Source of the DNA: Marsupella aquatica
Lineage: Eukaryota > Plantae > Marchantiophyta
Direction of reading: 5' to 3'
Assembly (NCBI GenBank): GCA_973895155.1
Contig: OZ316899.1
Location: forward strand, 8,125,241 to 8,189,240
DNA length: 64,000 nt
Position numbers and translations under genes: made by a program. The notes under the pieces were generated by a model. The model did no database searches. It was not told where the DNA came from and saw nothing but the letters and a program-made list of their open reading frames with translations. Shown one piece after another: positions 61,160-64,000 of this stretch. Each line of letters begins with the position of its first letter. Positions within the stretch are counted from its first letter, which is position 1.

Positions 61160-64000
61160 ATGTCTCAGTCAGTCGTAGTTACCCGTATGTCCACCGGTGA
61201 CATCGTTTCCATTCCAGTGTCTGTGGCCAAAAGGTACAGGCAAATAAGTGAGGTTTATCTTTGTGGAAGGTTTGATTTGTGCATGAATGACATAGAGGCA
61301 ATCGTTCAGGAGGGAACGGAAGCCAATGACTTCGAATCTATAGCACTTTTTGATGTCGATGACGAGGTGAGATTTTGGCACCTTAATGCTGGGTTGCGCT
61401 ACTCCATTGTCGTTTGGGAACCAAATCAAGGAGATCGGCAATCCCCTCAGAGGGATCCGGTGGATGTAGTTGCTCTTTCCGATAGTGATGATGAGGAGCC
61501 ACCAAGGATCCCCTTTGTGGAGCCTTCGGCGCCTGACGTGGTCTTGGTCAAAGAGGAGATGCCATTGTCGCAATCCCATATTGTATACCGGAGAAGTGCA
61601 ATGGACGCGCTGCTCAAGTCAACTGGGTCCAGCAAACTTTCGAGGTTCATTTTGGCTGGAAACTTCCGGCATGAACAAGTACCTTGTTTGCCTCCAAAGT
61701 ACAATGGAAACGTAGTGTTTGAGTTGCCTCCATCGTCGGGAATTCTTTCAAAAGGATCCCGTCTATGGGACATGGACCAAACCAAGGATTGCTACATCTG
61801 GACAAGAATATTTCCTACCACTGCAAACGTGCAGCCCAAGAAATACTGGGAATTCGGTAAAGTCTCTTGTACTAGATTTATTGAGTGCAGGAATAAAACT
61901 TGTGACTACTTCCGCCGAAAGAAGAGGAGGAATGCAAAGGCATGGGCTGGTACCCCAAAACTTGGAGGCTCTCACCGTGTTGGATCGTTCATTGACCAGG
62001 GTGGAGTTGTTTGTCATTATTGCCAACAGCTCCCTTTTTGTGTAGAGGCATGCTCTGCAAGACTGTTTTATATGTATCCTCAAGTTCTGCTTGACTCAGA
62101 TACCTGTAGTCACATGTCTCGCCTTGCGATTCATGTGGGCATCCACAACCATCCTTGTCGTAAGGTATTTTCCCGAAGTGCGGAAAAGGTAGTTGAAGAT
62201 GTCATTAAAAAGAAATTGGAAGGCAATCCTACTTGGACGCCTGCCGGGATTAAAAATGTAGCGACAAGATCTTTTGTACAGTCTTTGTGTGAGAGCCTGG
62301 GTGAGATTGAAGATATCGAAGAGACAGAGATTTTCCAGTCTCTAATGGTAGTTTCTACTCCACAGAAGTTTGCATCTCTTTTCAGGAGTGTGAGGCAGGA
62401 CCAGAAAGGCCGTGGAGAGTTGGATTTTCTTGTTCGGTATCAAAAGAATATCAACATGCCTTTTCTACAGAGGTACATCCTTCCAGGTCAAGGATCTCAA
62501 GAAGACAGACCTCACATATTTAAGATGACTTCCAAAGGCCATGGGTCTGGGGTGGATCTTTTGCGGCAAATGCAACCTGGAGGGATGCTTGAAGGTGCCT
62601 GGGTAAGCTTCGATGTCATGAAACGAATGACCAAGGATTGGGTGACTTTCAGCGCACACGTTTACGATCATAATTACCGCGCATTGTGTACAATATTTAC
62701 TTGCGAGCTAAAAGCTGAGGACACGACGTCGTTCGAGAAGGCTTGGAGATTGATGATTGAGGTTTCCAAAGAGAATGGGTTAGATAATCCAACCATTCAT
62801 GGCTTCATGGCAGACAATGCCCAAGCCGGATGGTTAGCAGTCCGAAATGTTTTTTTTGGAGGGCATCCAAACCCTGAACGGGAGAGGACTGACGCTTTTC
62901 ATTTTTACCAAGCTTTTCATCACCATTCTGTTGAAGGAGTGTTGGAAGAGAAGCAGGCGGAACATCGAATGCTATGGGATAAATTACGGAACGCACCGAC
63001 ATTTGTAGAGGCTTACCGACTTTCAAGAGAGATTGACCTATGGTGGCAGTCGGGTAATTGCTTACCTGGGAAGCTCCGAATGCTTCAGAGTTGGATATCG
63101 TGGTGGGTCGTGCGTTGGAGGCAGTGGGGAAATTTTATTCGCTTGGTAGGTAATAGCGCCTGGCGCTAGTAATATGCAAGTCAGATTCCTTTGTGGAAGT
63201 ACATTTTTGAGATGACATTCCTCAACATTCCATCCAAAGAATCCAAATAATGTCATTGATTCTCAAATATTGACCTGTTTATTTTCATAACATGTGATTA
63301 CACAATAATATTGATGGTTTTGTCAAAATGTTCTGCCTAGCGCTAGTATGTTTTGCGGATTCTCACTAGTGTTTATGCTTTGCCGTTCCAGGACAAAAGT
63401 GCTGAAGAAGGCGCTAGGATTCCTAACTGTACCGGATCAGAGTCTGTTCACGCAGGAATGAAAGCATGGGTAATGAAAAAAAAAGTGGGGCTCTTCGAGG
63501 CATGTGAAATGGATCAGAATCGAGCTATATCTCAGGTTGCAGCCTATACCGCATATCGGAAAGGATTGAGTAGAGGAAGAGGTCCTACAATATGGGAACT
63601 GGCTTTCCGTTCAGCTGACCAGGCAGGTTCCCCAAAGTTGTTCGAGGATGCAATGAACATGCTCCTCTCCAATGCAGCTGAGTTTGACTTGGAGAGAAGC
63701 GTTCCTCTCAACGGAGATGTTCTAACAAAGTCTGTCAAGAGGAAAGGACCTGCAACTGGGATTGTCTCGCCACAAGACTCCCACCGGCATGATAAAGTCC
63801 TTATCACATCGCCGAATACGAGATCACTCAAGCGTAAAAATCTGCACCACACAATGTTTGCTTCCGTATCAAAAGAAAAAACTGATGATATTTCCGTTGT
63901 CAATCTCTCAGGAAGTGATGATTCGAGGGATGCAGAACGTGATGATTTCAGTACACCGCAGGGTCGACATCAATCACGTTCAACACAATACCCACAAAGC
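61160..64000 (+). CDS. Element C MULE-type DDE transposase with GCM-like Zn domain; open to the window end (exon 61160-63145, intron 63146-63391, exon 63392->64000)
   Basis: KVSCTRFIECRNKTC, CHYCQQLPFCVEACSAR, HVGIHNHP; WVSFDVMKR (D1), GFMADNAQAG (D2), TDAFH, TGSESVHA (E). No stops in either exon. Confidence 0.88.

Larger units (their letters stand above)
55284..64000. mobile_element. MULE-like element C; left end present, right end outside the window
   Basis: Starts GAGGTGTTTACAAAAGG exactly where Copia-3 integrase breaks. Divergent ParB/MTase-like (-) and transposase (+) genes, as in element B. Confidence 0.9.

Overview
This is eukaryotic, TE-saturated DNA that looks like a land plant (Bianca and Tork-like Copia, plant L1 LINEs, Helitron, spliceosomal introns). 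I see no ordinary host gene, RNA gene or CRISPR array. The window resolves by target-site duplications (TSDs) into nested insertions. The main result is three diverged members (A, B, C) of an unusual Mutator-like (MULE) DNA transposon group. Their transposase carries a GCM-type Zn domain, a DDE core and a SWIM finger. B and C also carry a divergently oriented five-exon gene (~1,200 aa) with a ParB/Srx-like N-terminus (FDGNHR), an unassigned middle domain and a beta-class N6A/N4C DNA-methyltransferase-like fold whose catalytic motif looks degenerate. Each member has its own palindrome, found only in introns, intergenic and subterminal DNA: TAGCG-N5-CGCTA in C, GCTAGCGA-NN-TCGCTAGC in B, ATCTYGGAGAG-N-CTCTCCRAGAT in A. 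A 304-bp non-autonomous derivative keeps one copy. I infer a transposon-encoded sequence-specific self-recognition or anti-silencing system (parS/ParB-like or VANC-like); this is untested. All domain calls are by eye, with no database searches.
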